Source: Octopus vulgaris (lineage: Eukaryota). Taken from it: a stretch of DNA of 64,000 nt. The stretch is from assembly GCA_951406725.2 (NCBI GenBank), contig OX597833.1, positions 59,954,001-60,018,000 on the forward strand, given 5' to 3'. Under the pieces are notes generated by a model. The model ran no database searches, had not been told where the DNA came from, and saw nothing but the letters and a program-made list of their open reading frames with translations. Shown piece after piece: positions 53,391-64,000 of this stretch. Numbering within the stretch: the first letter of the stretch is position 1; each line of letters starts with the position of its first letter. Both the position numbers and the translations under genes were made by a program.

Positions 53391-55909
53391 CAATAAGCAC
53401 AGCTGAAGAGGTGAAAATGTAAACAGCCCCTTTTTGCCAGTATTCTACTTCCTTTCATTTAGGAATTTGGTAGTTTTACTTTTGTGTGTCTGTCCAGGAA
53501 TTATCTGTGGATATCTCACTGCTACCCACTGGATACTATTGCATGTACTGATATCAAAGTATTGATAATGACAGTGTTGTTGTTGTTGTTATTAATAATA
53601 ATGGTGATGATGATGATGATGATTTTGGCAGTGGATCTGACTAAATATCTTCAACAGAACACAGCTTGTGTCATTTCAAACTTGGAATCTTACCACCCTA
53701 TTCTGTTGGAATATCCCACTTTCACATGGATTAAACCACAAATGGATTCTACCGGAATTGAGGATTTTACCCAGTGAAGGAATTTACCTTGGAAACTACT
53801 TGGGATTTATGTGAAATTTTTTTTCCACGAAATATTTGAGAAGTTCATCTTTATGGCAATCCCTCTTCCTCATCCTCTCTCAATAGACCACCATGTTGTT
53901 TTTTTTATAATTATATATATTAATGATTACCTGTCTGTTAAATACACTCACACATATCTTTAATACACACACACACACACACACACATACACACACCCTT
54001 GATACACATACATACCTTTCCATGTACACATCTAATACAGCACCCCTTTGCATACCCAACCCTTACACATAGTTTAAAATCTTCCATAGATTCTTTGTTT
54101 TTATTTTGTGTTTTTTTTTTGTGTGTGTGTGTGTTTTTGCCCATCCTGTCTGTTAAAATTCCTGCCAAGGTGTAAAAATATCGGTAAAGTCTGTAATTCT
54201 TACTCATTGAACTTAACTTAAATAATCTGCTTCTCCTTACCACCATAACTTTAGAATCAAGTCTTATGCCCAGAGCAATTAAATTTATCTTAACTGGTCA
54301 AAGTTATTACTGCTGGTCCCTGCTATAATTAGTATGTTAAGTATATGATTACTGGTCCTTTGTAGGACCAATGTATAAGTTATAGACTCTTTTGTATAAT
54401 TAGTATGTAACTAGTGTCCCATTGTATGACTATTGTATAACTAGTGGCCTTCTATGACCTACAGGGCTACTGGTGCTTCAGCCCTTAGCCAACAATGTAC
54501 ACTGCTTTCCAGTTACTTTCTTACTTTAAATTTGTAAAGTGATTCTCTGCTATTTATTACCAAACTGTTGTTTTTGTTGTTGTTGTGTTCAGTGTGTTGA
54601 GTAACAGGGGGCACCTTGCACTCTCAAAATAGGGTAACAACAACTTGACGAAAAGAAAAAGTACTATAGTCACCTCTTATCACACACACACACACACTCA
54701 CTCTCTCTCTATTTCTCTATCTTTTTTTTGCTACTAAAGACCAAGCAATAATGTCTGTGAGGTGTTCATTTTACAGCACATCTTCACCACCCTTGTTCCA
54801 CCCTGTTATTCCCTTGTTTTATACTTTAAAGAACTTTTTAATTTGAGCTTTCATCAGCTCAGAACACCTTGCCATCCCCTACCGTCCCTTGTTGTCCCCT
54901 ACTGGCTGTTTTCTTACACAATATATCGCCACTGTGAAATGTTAATTAGGAAGTAACTATAGCAATTTAATTGTCTTGTGTTCAGAAATTACTATTTATA
55001 CAGTAATTTTTTTCTTGTCTCGTTAAAAACCTCTTTCTCTGATCTACAGACATTCTGATACACTTTATAATTGATAAAACTAATTCAGTTTCTCTTATGA
55101 AAAATAGGTTTCTAGATTTCCTATCTTTCAATCCTTGTGCATTCAGAAACTCATAAAAAGTTGCTTGAGCTGGAACTGGTCCTAAAATACATTTGTATAT
55201 ATACTCATACTGTGTATATAATCATACTGTATATATAATCTAACTATATATGTAATCATAGTGTTAATACAGATGGGTTATCATGACAAAGAAAGATAGA
55301 AAAAAAAAGCAAGTACTTAATATATTTTATTAATGAAGCAATTTAATCTAAAACCAAACTGAAAATATTCTTTGTTCTTTAAAAATACTTTGGTAAAAGC
55401 TTTATGTAATAATTAAAATCTTTTCTGTATAATTATTTACTTGTAATTAAGCAGAAATAACAAATATTAGAATTGTGATAACAGTGATTTTTCCATCACT
55501 TTCTGGACTTTCCTTCATTGAATATATTTTTGATGAAAGATTTGGGCAAAAGATTTCATTATTTCTGCAGGAAACACCTAACAACCTCTGATTGCTAAAT
55601 TCATTTTAGTTAATCATCAAGATAGTTTTTTTTTTGTTTTAGTTTTTTTTTTGGCTTTATTTATTTTTACGTCACTGAACCATAAACAATCCTTCTCCCC
55701 CTTTCATTGAGTTACTTCACATGTTTACCACTCCCTCTGACCAACCGCTCTGGCTTATTGTTTGGGCCTTTTGGTCAGTAGGCACAAACACACTAGGATG
55801 ACTTCACAAGGGAGTAGTACTATGAGGGTTTGTGAAAGGGATTGCAGCATCCAACAGATTTAAAGGTGGTGTTGTTGTTGTTGTTGTTGTTGTTGTTGGT
55901 CAGAAAAGG

Positions 55910-56071
55910 ATGTCTGGAGGAGGAGGAGGAGGAGGAGGTCGGCCGCATGGTCGGTGTTTTAGTAACTTCGACTTGGAACAGGATTGGCAACCCCAACTGG
56001 ATGATGAGGAAGAGCTCTCTGAACTACAAGTTGATAACATTTCCGACTTCTTTCGGGAAATGACTGTAGAG
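55910..56071 (+). CDS. Putative alternative first coding exon MSGGGGGGGGRPHGRCFSNFDLEQDWQPQLDDEEELSELQVDNISDFFREMTVE
   Basis: ATG plus 54 codons of protein-like sequence; gag/GTtagc donor in phase 0 followed by a pyrimidine/microsatellite intron start; TE-free upstream region. Confidence 0.65.
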
Positions 56072-56169
56072 GTTAGCATTGACTTCAAGCTTCATTCCCC
56101 TCCTTCTTTCTCTTTCCTTCTGCATTTCTTCCTCTCACCACCACCCTTTGTCTCTTGCTTCTTCTCCAA

Positions 56170-56416
56170 TCTCTATAATCTCTCTCTCTCACTATCTATC
56201 TATCTATCTATCTATATCTATCTATCTATCTATCTATCTACCTATCTATATCTATCTACCTATCTATATCTATCTACCTATCTATATCTATCTACCTATC
56301 TATATCTATCTATCTATCTCTATCTATCTATCTCTATCTATCTCTATCTCTATCTATCTATCTATCTATCTCTATCTCTATCTATATATCTATCTATCTC
56401 TCTATATATCTCTCTG

Positions 56417-56480
<64 letters not shown>

Positions 56481-56546
56481 CCTATCTATCTATATCTATC
56501 TCTCTATCTATATCTATCTCTCTATCTATGTAAATATATATACATA

Positions 56547-56582
<36 letters not shown>

Positions 56583-56585
56583 AAA
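56170..56585. repeat. (TATC)n compound microsatellite
   Basis: Directly visible. Confidence 0.95.
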
Positions 56586-57009
56586 CGTATTTTTCACATC
56601 TGGAAGCAATGTCGTAGATTTATTATCTAAAATATTTAATCCTTATGTTGTGTATGTGTACATGTTTCAGGGTATGTATTTTATGTGTGGATGGAGGGTA
56701 TAAACATATATGTGTACTTTTCCCCATTATTGTATGTACTGGTTTGTGTATGTATGTATGTATTTATGTGTGTGTGTGTATACGCCTATCTGTGTGTCTA
56801 AACTGGAACTCACTATAAATATACTAAGGCTACACAATTCCTATCTGTTTTCCATTTCATTCTATTTAAGGGGACAATCTAGTCTGGAGTCCACAACAAG
56901 GGGTTTTATTCATTGTTTCTCTCTCTGCCACCCACCCATCACACACCTCTACCATTTACATGTATGTGTGTGTGTGCATGTGTGTGTGTGTGTGTTGGTC
57001 TTTCCACAT

Positions 57010-57045
<36 letters not shown>

Positions 57046-57312
57046 TATATGTGATGCAGTTAAATAGACTCAGATGTAGCTTTTTGATGTCGATGGGTGG
57101 GGCCTCTGTCAGCTGCGATTGTGTGGGTTGTGGTTGATGAGTGACATTTCTGTCAGTCAAGATTGTGTGGGTTAATTATAGGGAGGACCCTGTTCGCTAC
57201 AATTAAGTATTTGTGATTGGAACGAGGAGGCCCCATATCAGGTGTGATTGTGAGGGTGTTGTTGCAGTGAGGCCCGTGTCAGCTTGTGATTGTAGGGACG
57301 TCTTATAACCAT

Positions 57313-57727
57313 ACTCTTTTACTCTTTTACTTGTTTCAGTCATTTGACTGCGGCCATGCTGGAGCACCGCCTTTAATCGAGCAACCTGACCCCGGGACTT
57401 ATTCTTTTTGTAAGCCCAGTACTTATTCTATCGGTCTCTTTTGCCGAACCGCTAAGTAACGGGGACATAAACACACCAGCATCGGTTGTCAAGCAATGCT
57501 AGGGGGAAAAACACAGACACACAAACACGCACAGGCATATATATATATATACACATATATACGACGGGCTTCTTTCAGTTTCCGTCTACCAAATCCACTC
57601 ACAAGGCTTTGGTCAGCCCGAGGCTATAGCAGAAGACACTTGCCCAAGGTGCCACGCAGTGGGACTGAACCCGGAACCATGTGGTTGGTAAACAAGCTAC
57701 TTACCACACAGCCACTCCTGCGCCTAT
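57313..57727 (-). mobile_element. SINE family B
   Basis: Full-length. Confidence 0.9.
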
Positions 57728-58364
57728 ATCTTTGAAGTATTATGTCATGTTTAGATGATTTTTTAGAGACACAACAAACTAAACTCCTTTTTTTCCCCCC
57801 AGTTTTCTGAACAGTAAGGGACAAGCCCATAGCCTAATGATGCAGTTTGAGCATGGACCCTGTTGAAGGTAGTTGTTTGTGAAGAACTGGATTTTTGTTA
57901 AAGAAGATGATGGAACGAGGCAGAGAGAGATATGAATGGATGTAGTTCACTGTGATGTAGAGAATTACACTTGATCTCGCTGTGTGTTGGGCACTTGTTG
58001 AACAAGGCCCAGGTTACTGTAGTCTCTTTAAAGGTTTCTACATGGTCTCACTTGTTCATAAGTGTGGTGTGGGTTTGATTTACGACATCTAGGTTACATG
58101 ATGGCTATTGTGTCAAAGAAAGTGTTATTGAGTTATGAAATGTGGGCATGGCTGTGTGGTTAGGGAGCTTGCTTCCTAGCTACATGGTTTCGGGTTCAGT
58201 CCCACTGCGTGGCACTTTGGGTAGGTGTCTTCCGCTATAGCTCCGAGCCGACCGGAGCTTTGTGATTGAATTCGGTAGGCGGGAGTTACTGCCGTGTGTG
58301 TATGTGTGCGTATAGCTGCTCAGTGCCTCTCCGAAAGAGAGAGAGGGTATCATTTTCGTGTGTG

Positions 58365-59710
58365 TGTGCATATATTCAACAGGGTACCCCACTCCCTGAT
58401 GTGGTGGTCTCTGCAGAAGCTAAATGAATGGCTCATGAGAGCTGTCCAAGCCATGTGCAGGGATGCTGTTAATAACATGACAGCTAACTATGAGTACAAT
58501 GGCAAATTTAGCATGTAGGCTGGAGTTCAGTAGGGATCAGTCCAGTCCTCTCTCCTATTTATTATTGTCCCCCAGGCCATAACAGAGGAGTTTAACCCTT
58601 TAGTGTTTAAACCGGCCATATAAGGCCAATATTATCTTCCTGTTTTATGCTCAAAACCAGCCAGCTCTGACCTCTCCCACCTACCCTACAAAGTCATTCT
58701 AAAAATAAATAGGGTCATCATCAAAATCTCAGAGTTACAAGATGCTGTACAATTAATTTAAAACGATGTGATTAAACAGGCTTTACATTTGACAGAGTAA
58801 TCTGAATGCTAAAGGGTTGCTTGTGGGAACTCCTTTATGCTGGTGACCTTGTTCTGACTGTCAAAATAGTTGCAGAATTAGAAAAGGAGTTCTAGGTGTG
58901 AAAGCAAAACCTGGAATCAAAGGGCCTTAATATTAACTTAGCAAAAATCAAAGTCTTAGTAAGCAGGAAAACAGGCAGTACACTAACGCCTTCATGAAGA
59001 TATCTGTGTTCGATATCTAGAAAAGGTGTAGATAGAAATTCCTCCATTTGGTGTATCCAATGCAAACAATGGACACACAAGAGTTGAGGCAGAATCACTT
59101 TGAAATTAACAAAGACTTTGTCTGTAGTAGATAGACAGGAGTAATAAACACTAAGAACCCACCAGAAGTGACCTAATTAGGAGTAGAAGAGGTTGTTTTG
59201 AAAGTATAATTGCTCGAATAAGAACAGGCTGGAGAAAGTTCAGAGAACTATTACCACTGTTGGTAACAAAAGACCTCTCTTCCAAAGTAAAAGATATATT
59301 GTATAATGCTTCCATACAAACAGCAATGAAACATGGGCCATGAATGCAGGGGACATGTAAAGACTAGAAAGAAATGAAGCTAGTGTACTCTGCTGTACAA
59401 TGTCTGTGTGCATGTATGATGTGCAAATGTGTTGAGAGAAAAAAATTTGGCATTAGAGGTCAGATGTAGTGTGCATGAGAGAGTTTGCGCTGGTATGGCT
59501 TTGTAATGTATGTGGATAAAGACAGCTGTATTACAAAGTGATTGCAAAATGTGGATTGAACCTGAGGAAGAGGGAGACTTAGGAAAATGTGGGACCAAAT
59601 AAGGAAGTCTGACCTCAGGTTGTTGAACCTCAAGGAGATAACAGGGGACCAAAATGAGTGGGAATTTATCATGCTCCAAAAGGACCTGTCCTTCCAGTAA
59701 AAATGAGGTC
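58365..59710 (+). mobile_element. Degraded RTE-clade LINE (RT and C-terminus)
   Basis: FNRVPHSLMWWSLQKL, LLFIIVPQAITEEF, WELLYAGDLVL, KGLNINLAKIKVL, RIRTGWRKFRELLPLL. Confidence 0.85.
58596..58816. mobile_element. piggyBac-type MITE family P2 inserted in the RTE RT domain
   Basis: ttaa-ccctttag ... ctaaaggg-tt; relatives at 62846-63247 and 63507-63686. Confidence 0.7.
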
Positions 59711-59989
59711 CTAAAAATATGTTGTCACTGTCTATGCACATCCCAAATGCAACACCCAATTAGCACCTAACAAACCTTCCCAGCAACTCGTTTTCATAAT
59801 GCCCACCCCTACCTCATTCCTAACTAAGGTATCATTTATTACTCAGCTGCTGTAATTATACAAGAGCTGAACTGCATGTATTCCATTCCCTTTTTGTACT
59901 TCTAATAATCTGTCTTCTTGGAACCACACCCCTTGTCACCCATCCTCCATCATTCCTAACATCATTCCTTTCCACTATATGTCCACTGA

Positions 59990-60369
59990 GGAGGCGCAAT
60001 GGCCCAGTGGTTAGGGCAGTGGACTTGCGGTCATAGGATCGCGGTTTCGATTCCCAGACCGGGCGTTGTGTTTATTGAGCGAAAACACCTAAAGCTCCAC
60101 GAGGCTCCGGTAGGGGATGGTGGTGAACCCTGCTGTACTCTTTCACCACAACTTTCTCTCTCACTCTTACTTCCTGTTTCTGTTGTACCTGTATTTCAAG
60201 GGGCCGGCCTTGTCACTCTCTGTGTCACGCTGAATATCCCCGAGAACTACGTTAAGGGTACACGTGTCTGTGGAGTGCTCAGCCACTTACACGTTAATTT
60301 CACGAGCAGGCTGTTCCGTTGATTCGGATCAACCGGAACCCTCGTCGTCGTAACCGACGGAGTACTTCC
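59990..60369 (+). mobile_element. tRNA(Arg-like)-derived SINE family D
   Basis: A box tggcccagtggtt, B box gtttcgattcc; 11-bp TSD atgtccactga. Confidence 0.9.
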
Positions 60370-61255
60370 ATGTCCACTGAACACCCATTTCACCTAAAGA
60401 CCTTATTACCTCAGTCATCAAAACCCCTTTCTATAACTTCCTATTTCCCCATCACTATGTACACCTGATCTCTGTCACTGTGCATCTTTTCTCTCCTCTA
60501 CACTTCACCTCGCATGCTACCTATCCATCTGCCTTTATTCTCTGTTCATCTTCTTGTACCTTGAATGTATGCCTTGATACCTCATCTCCACCATTCTTTC
60601 TCCCTTTCTTGCTGGGGGTAGCCATGTACATCCTTTATAGCAAGACACCTATTCCTGTCCATCTTTCCTATTTTAGCCTTTGTTCACCTGGCACAAAAAC
60701 TACCTCCCTCTATACTGCACTCCCTTCCCCACCCTGTGAAAGGGTCTTGTATTTCATGTACTTAGTGACCCCACAAGTGCTGATACCACAAACAAAAAAA
60801 AAACACCCAGTACACTCTGTAAAGTGGTTGACATTGAGAAGAGTACCTAGTTATAGAAACCTTGCCAAAACAGACACTGGGGACCAAAACGGCCCCTCGT
60901 ATTGGTTGGATGTTGTCAAATCGTTTAACCCATACCAGCATGAGATACAGATGTTTAATAATGATGATGATGATGATGATAAATCTCAGTTTTAGAAAAG
61001 GTCTACCATGTCCATGCATGCTTTAAGAGGCAACTAAAAGGCTTGGTAACCACAATGCTCATCTGATTGTAAAACCCTCAGAAAATCCACGCCAGCGTAA
61101 AAGCAAGCATAAAATGATGATGGTGATGTATAAATTCCACTCAGATAAGATGGTTGTGACTTGTAGAGCAGAAGAATTTCTAAGCACCATAGAAACCTTT
61201 TTCAAACTGTCTTTTATTTTTGAGTTGTCCCTGTGTCAAGAGACAAATGTGACAG

Positions 61256-61305
<50 letters not shown>

Positions 61306-61307
<2 letters not shown>

Positions 61308-61650
61308 CGCAGGAGTGGCTGTGTGGTAAGTAGCTTGCTAACCAACCACATGGTTCCGGGTTCAGTCCCACTGCGTGGCATCTTGGGCAAGTGTTTTCTG
61401 CTATAGCCCCGGGCCGACCAATGCCTTGTGAGTGAATTTGGTAGACGGAAACTGAAAGAAGCCCGTCGTATATATGTATATATATATGTGCATGTACGTG
61501 TGTGTTTATGTCCCCGCTACTTAGCGGTTCGGCAAAAGAGATAGAATAAGTACTGGGCTTACAAAAAGAATAAGTCTCGGGATCGAGTTGCTCGATTAAA
61601 GGCGGTGCTCCAGCATGGCCGCAGTCAAATGACTGAAACAAGTAAAAGAG
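61306..61650 (+). mobile_element. SINE family B within (TA)n
   Basis: Full-length with an internal deletion. Confidence 0.9.
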
Positions 61651-61671
61651 TATATATATATATATATATAT

Positions 61672-61996
61672 AGGAGCACTCCATTGGTTACAATGACGAG
61701 GGTCCCAGCTGATACGATCAACGGAATAGCCTCCTCGTGAAATCAACGTGCAAGTGGCTGAGCACTCCACAGACACATATACCCTTAACGTAGTTCTCAG
61801 GGAGATTCAGCGTGACACAAAGTGTGACAAGGCTGATCCCTTTGAAATACAGGTACTACTCATTTTGGCCAGCTGAGTGGACTGGAGCACCGTGAAGTAA
61901 AGTGTCCTGCTCAAGGACACGTGTCGCTGGGAATTGAACTCACGACCTTACGATCATGAACAGAATGCCCCTAACCACTAAGCCACGCACCTTCAC
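61672..61996 (-). mobile_element. Family D variant SINE
   Basis: Tail matches 60185-60369; head resembles 5990-6125. Confidence 0.8.
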
Positions 61997-62035
<39 letters not shown>

Positions 62036-62335
62036 ACATGACCGACCAGGTTATCAGAGTTGCTACACATCGCTGGTCACAATGCGCTTTGCATTGCTTT
62101 AGCCTTCAAATGACGCCACCCCGCTGGCTAATCGAGCAGGCCAACAGAAGTAAGAGTGAGAGAAAGTTGTGGCGAAAGAGTACAGCAGGGATCGCCACCA
62201 CCCCCTGCCGGAGCCGCGTGGAGCTTTAGGTGTTTTCGCTCAAATAAACACTCACAACGCCTGGTCTGGGAATCGAAACCGCGATCTTACAACCGCGAGT
62301 CCGCTGCCCTAACGACTGGGCCATTGCGCCTCCAC
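62036..62335 (-). mobile_element. Family D SINE with a different tail
   Basis: Head matches 59990-60180. Confidence 0.85.
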
Positions 62336-62845
62336 GTATATATATATATATATATATATCTTCATGCACATATGCATACAACAGACAATGTATGTACTGT
62401 TAGGTATATTAATGGTATGTTAATTGTGTGTGTATGTCTGAGTGTGTCAGTATTGAGACATAATACTACTAGTTACCTCAGTATATTTAACTAATCTAGT
62501 TTCTCCTCTAACTAGTTCTGGACAATTAATTAGTCAAGAGGTCAGTTGTTGCCAATAGTTACTATATTGGATCCATTAGACAGGAACTGTTACTTTTAAT
62601 AAATTTGGGCAGATTCTTCTCTCATTCATTTAGCACAGTAGAAAGATGGGTGGGTGGATAAACTCCAGCCTTATAGAAGCTTAAGATATAGAAAGAGTTA
62701 ACTCAAGTAATGATTAGTTGTTTGACTTCCAACCACCGCCACCATTATTTATGATAGCTTAATCACTTGGGGAGAGCAATATTGATGACACCTTCCTTTT
62801 AGGGTGTCTGAGATATGCAAGAGAGAGGGAAGAATTTATCATTAA

Positions 62846-63247
62846 CCTCTTAGCATTTAGATTATTCTGTCATGCATTAAGCTTTATTTCAATGATGTGG
62901 TTGTTTATTTTTAGAATGACATTGTCGGGTAGGTGTGACATGTGAGAGGTAGATCAAACTGGTTTTAACATAGCACAGCTAGAATATTTGGGCTGTGTAT
63001 GACCAGTTTAACCCTTTTGTTACCATATTTATTTTGAGGTGCTCTGTGTTTCTTTCAATTAATTTTAAATATAACAAAGAATTTAATAAAATAACTTAGT
63101 TATCGTTAAGCTGGTGTTAGGAACGTAAACTGTGACGAAGGTTTGGTGGAAGATTTTAATTCAAAACTTACGAAAACAAGACATTTGTACTCAGAGCCAG
63201 AGACGGTTTCAGCCGGGTTGGTAACGAAAGGGTTAAATACTAAGGAG
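62846..63247. mobile_element. P2 MITE with a P1 MITE (63012-63232) nested at a TTAA
   Basis: Inner cccttttgttacca...tggtaacgaaaggg flanked by TTAA; outer cctcttagcattta / taaatactaaggag. Confidence 0.75.
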
Positions 63248-63703
63248 TTAAACCCAAAACCTGGCTTGAGTACTTGCAACCAAGTGGGTTTTACTAAAGG
63301 CCTTCAAGGAAATGACAGGGATCAATCACCTTTATTTATAACATGTTGGCCTGGTTATTATTACTATTAGAATTAGCTTCAGTAATAATTACTTTTTCTA
63401 AACTCTTTTTTTTCTTCTTTGTTAGAGCAGCCTATCCCAAACTTTTAACATCTTGACCATTTTGACCAACAAATCCTCTTCAACATTTTCTTTTTTAAAT
63501 ATTTAACCCTTTAGTATTCGGATTAGTCTGTCAAGTGTTATGCTTATCTATTCATGATGTTTTGAATTAGTCATGCATTATCTCGTAGCTTTAAGATTTC
63601 CGTGATTTAACTGTAAATTTTGAGAATAACATTGTAGGGTAGGTGTAAGAGGCCAGATACGGCTGCTGATTCGATTGCTAAAGAGTTAGATATAAAAACA
63701 GTT

Positions 63704-64000
63704 ATCATCATCATCATCGTTTAACATCTGCTTTCCATGCTGGCATGGGTTGGACGGTTTGACTGAGGACTGGCAAGCCAGAAGGCTGCACCAGGCTCCA
63801 CTCTGATCTGGCATGGTTTCTATGGTTGGATGCTCTTCCTAACACCAACCACTCTGAAAGTGTAATTAATGGGTGCTTTTTATGTGCCACCAGCACAAGG
63901 GCCAGTCAGGCAGTACTGGCATCAACCACACTCGAATGGTGCTTTTTATGTGCCACCAGCACGGAAGCAAGACAGGCAGCACTGGCATTGACAATGCTCG
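63704..64000 (-). mobile_element. SINE family C, runs off the window end
   Basis: Family C body. Confidence 0.85.

Noticed and set aside
59990-60062. Functional tRNA gene (also 16905-16977 and 62262-62335)
   Set aside because: Followed by SINE bodies, with a TSD at 59990 and imperfect stems; these are SINE heads

Overview
AT-rich, microsatellite- and SINE-saturated eukaryotic DNA. The SINE repertoire and repeat landscape suggest an octopus genome (inference). Nearly all supplied ORFs are artefacts of simple repeats or TEs. One convincing internal coding exon lies at 17753-17837 (+): ...RFPKLEECAHFHYDFVELGQLQ, the motif just upstream of the PX domain in ARHGAP32/33/CdGAPr RhoGAPs. The window is therefore probably almost all intron. 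Two or three ATG-to-GT segments downstream (22858-22920, 55910-56071, possibly one ending at 52850) end in the same phase 0 and look like alternative first exons. The rest is four or five SINE families, RTE and CR1-type LINE remnants, piggyBac- and hAT-type MITEs, a non-autonomous Helitron and several tandem arrays. The most unusual signal is about nine minimal type-I hammerhead ribozyme motifs. Most sit in (TA)n-associated Penelope-like fragments; two sit in a tRNA-headed SINE, which would couple a Pol III promoter to a self-cleaving RNA. All calls are by eye and TE boundaries are approximate.
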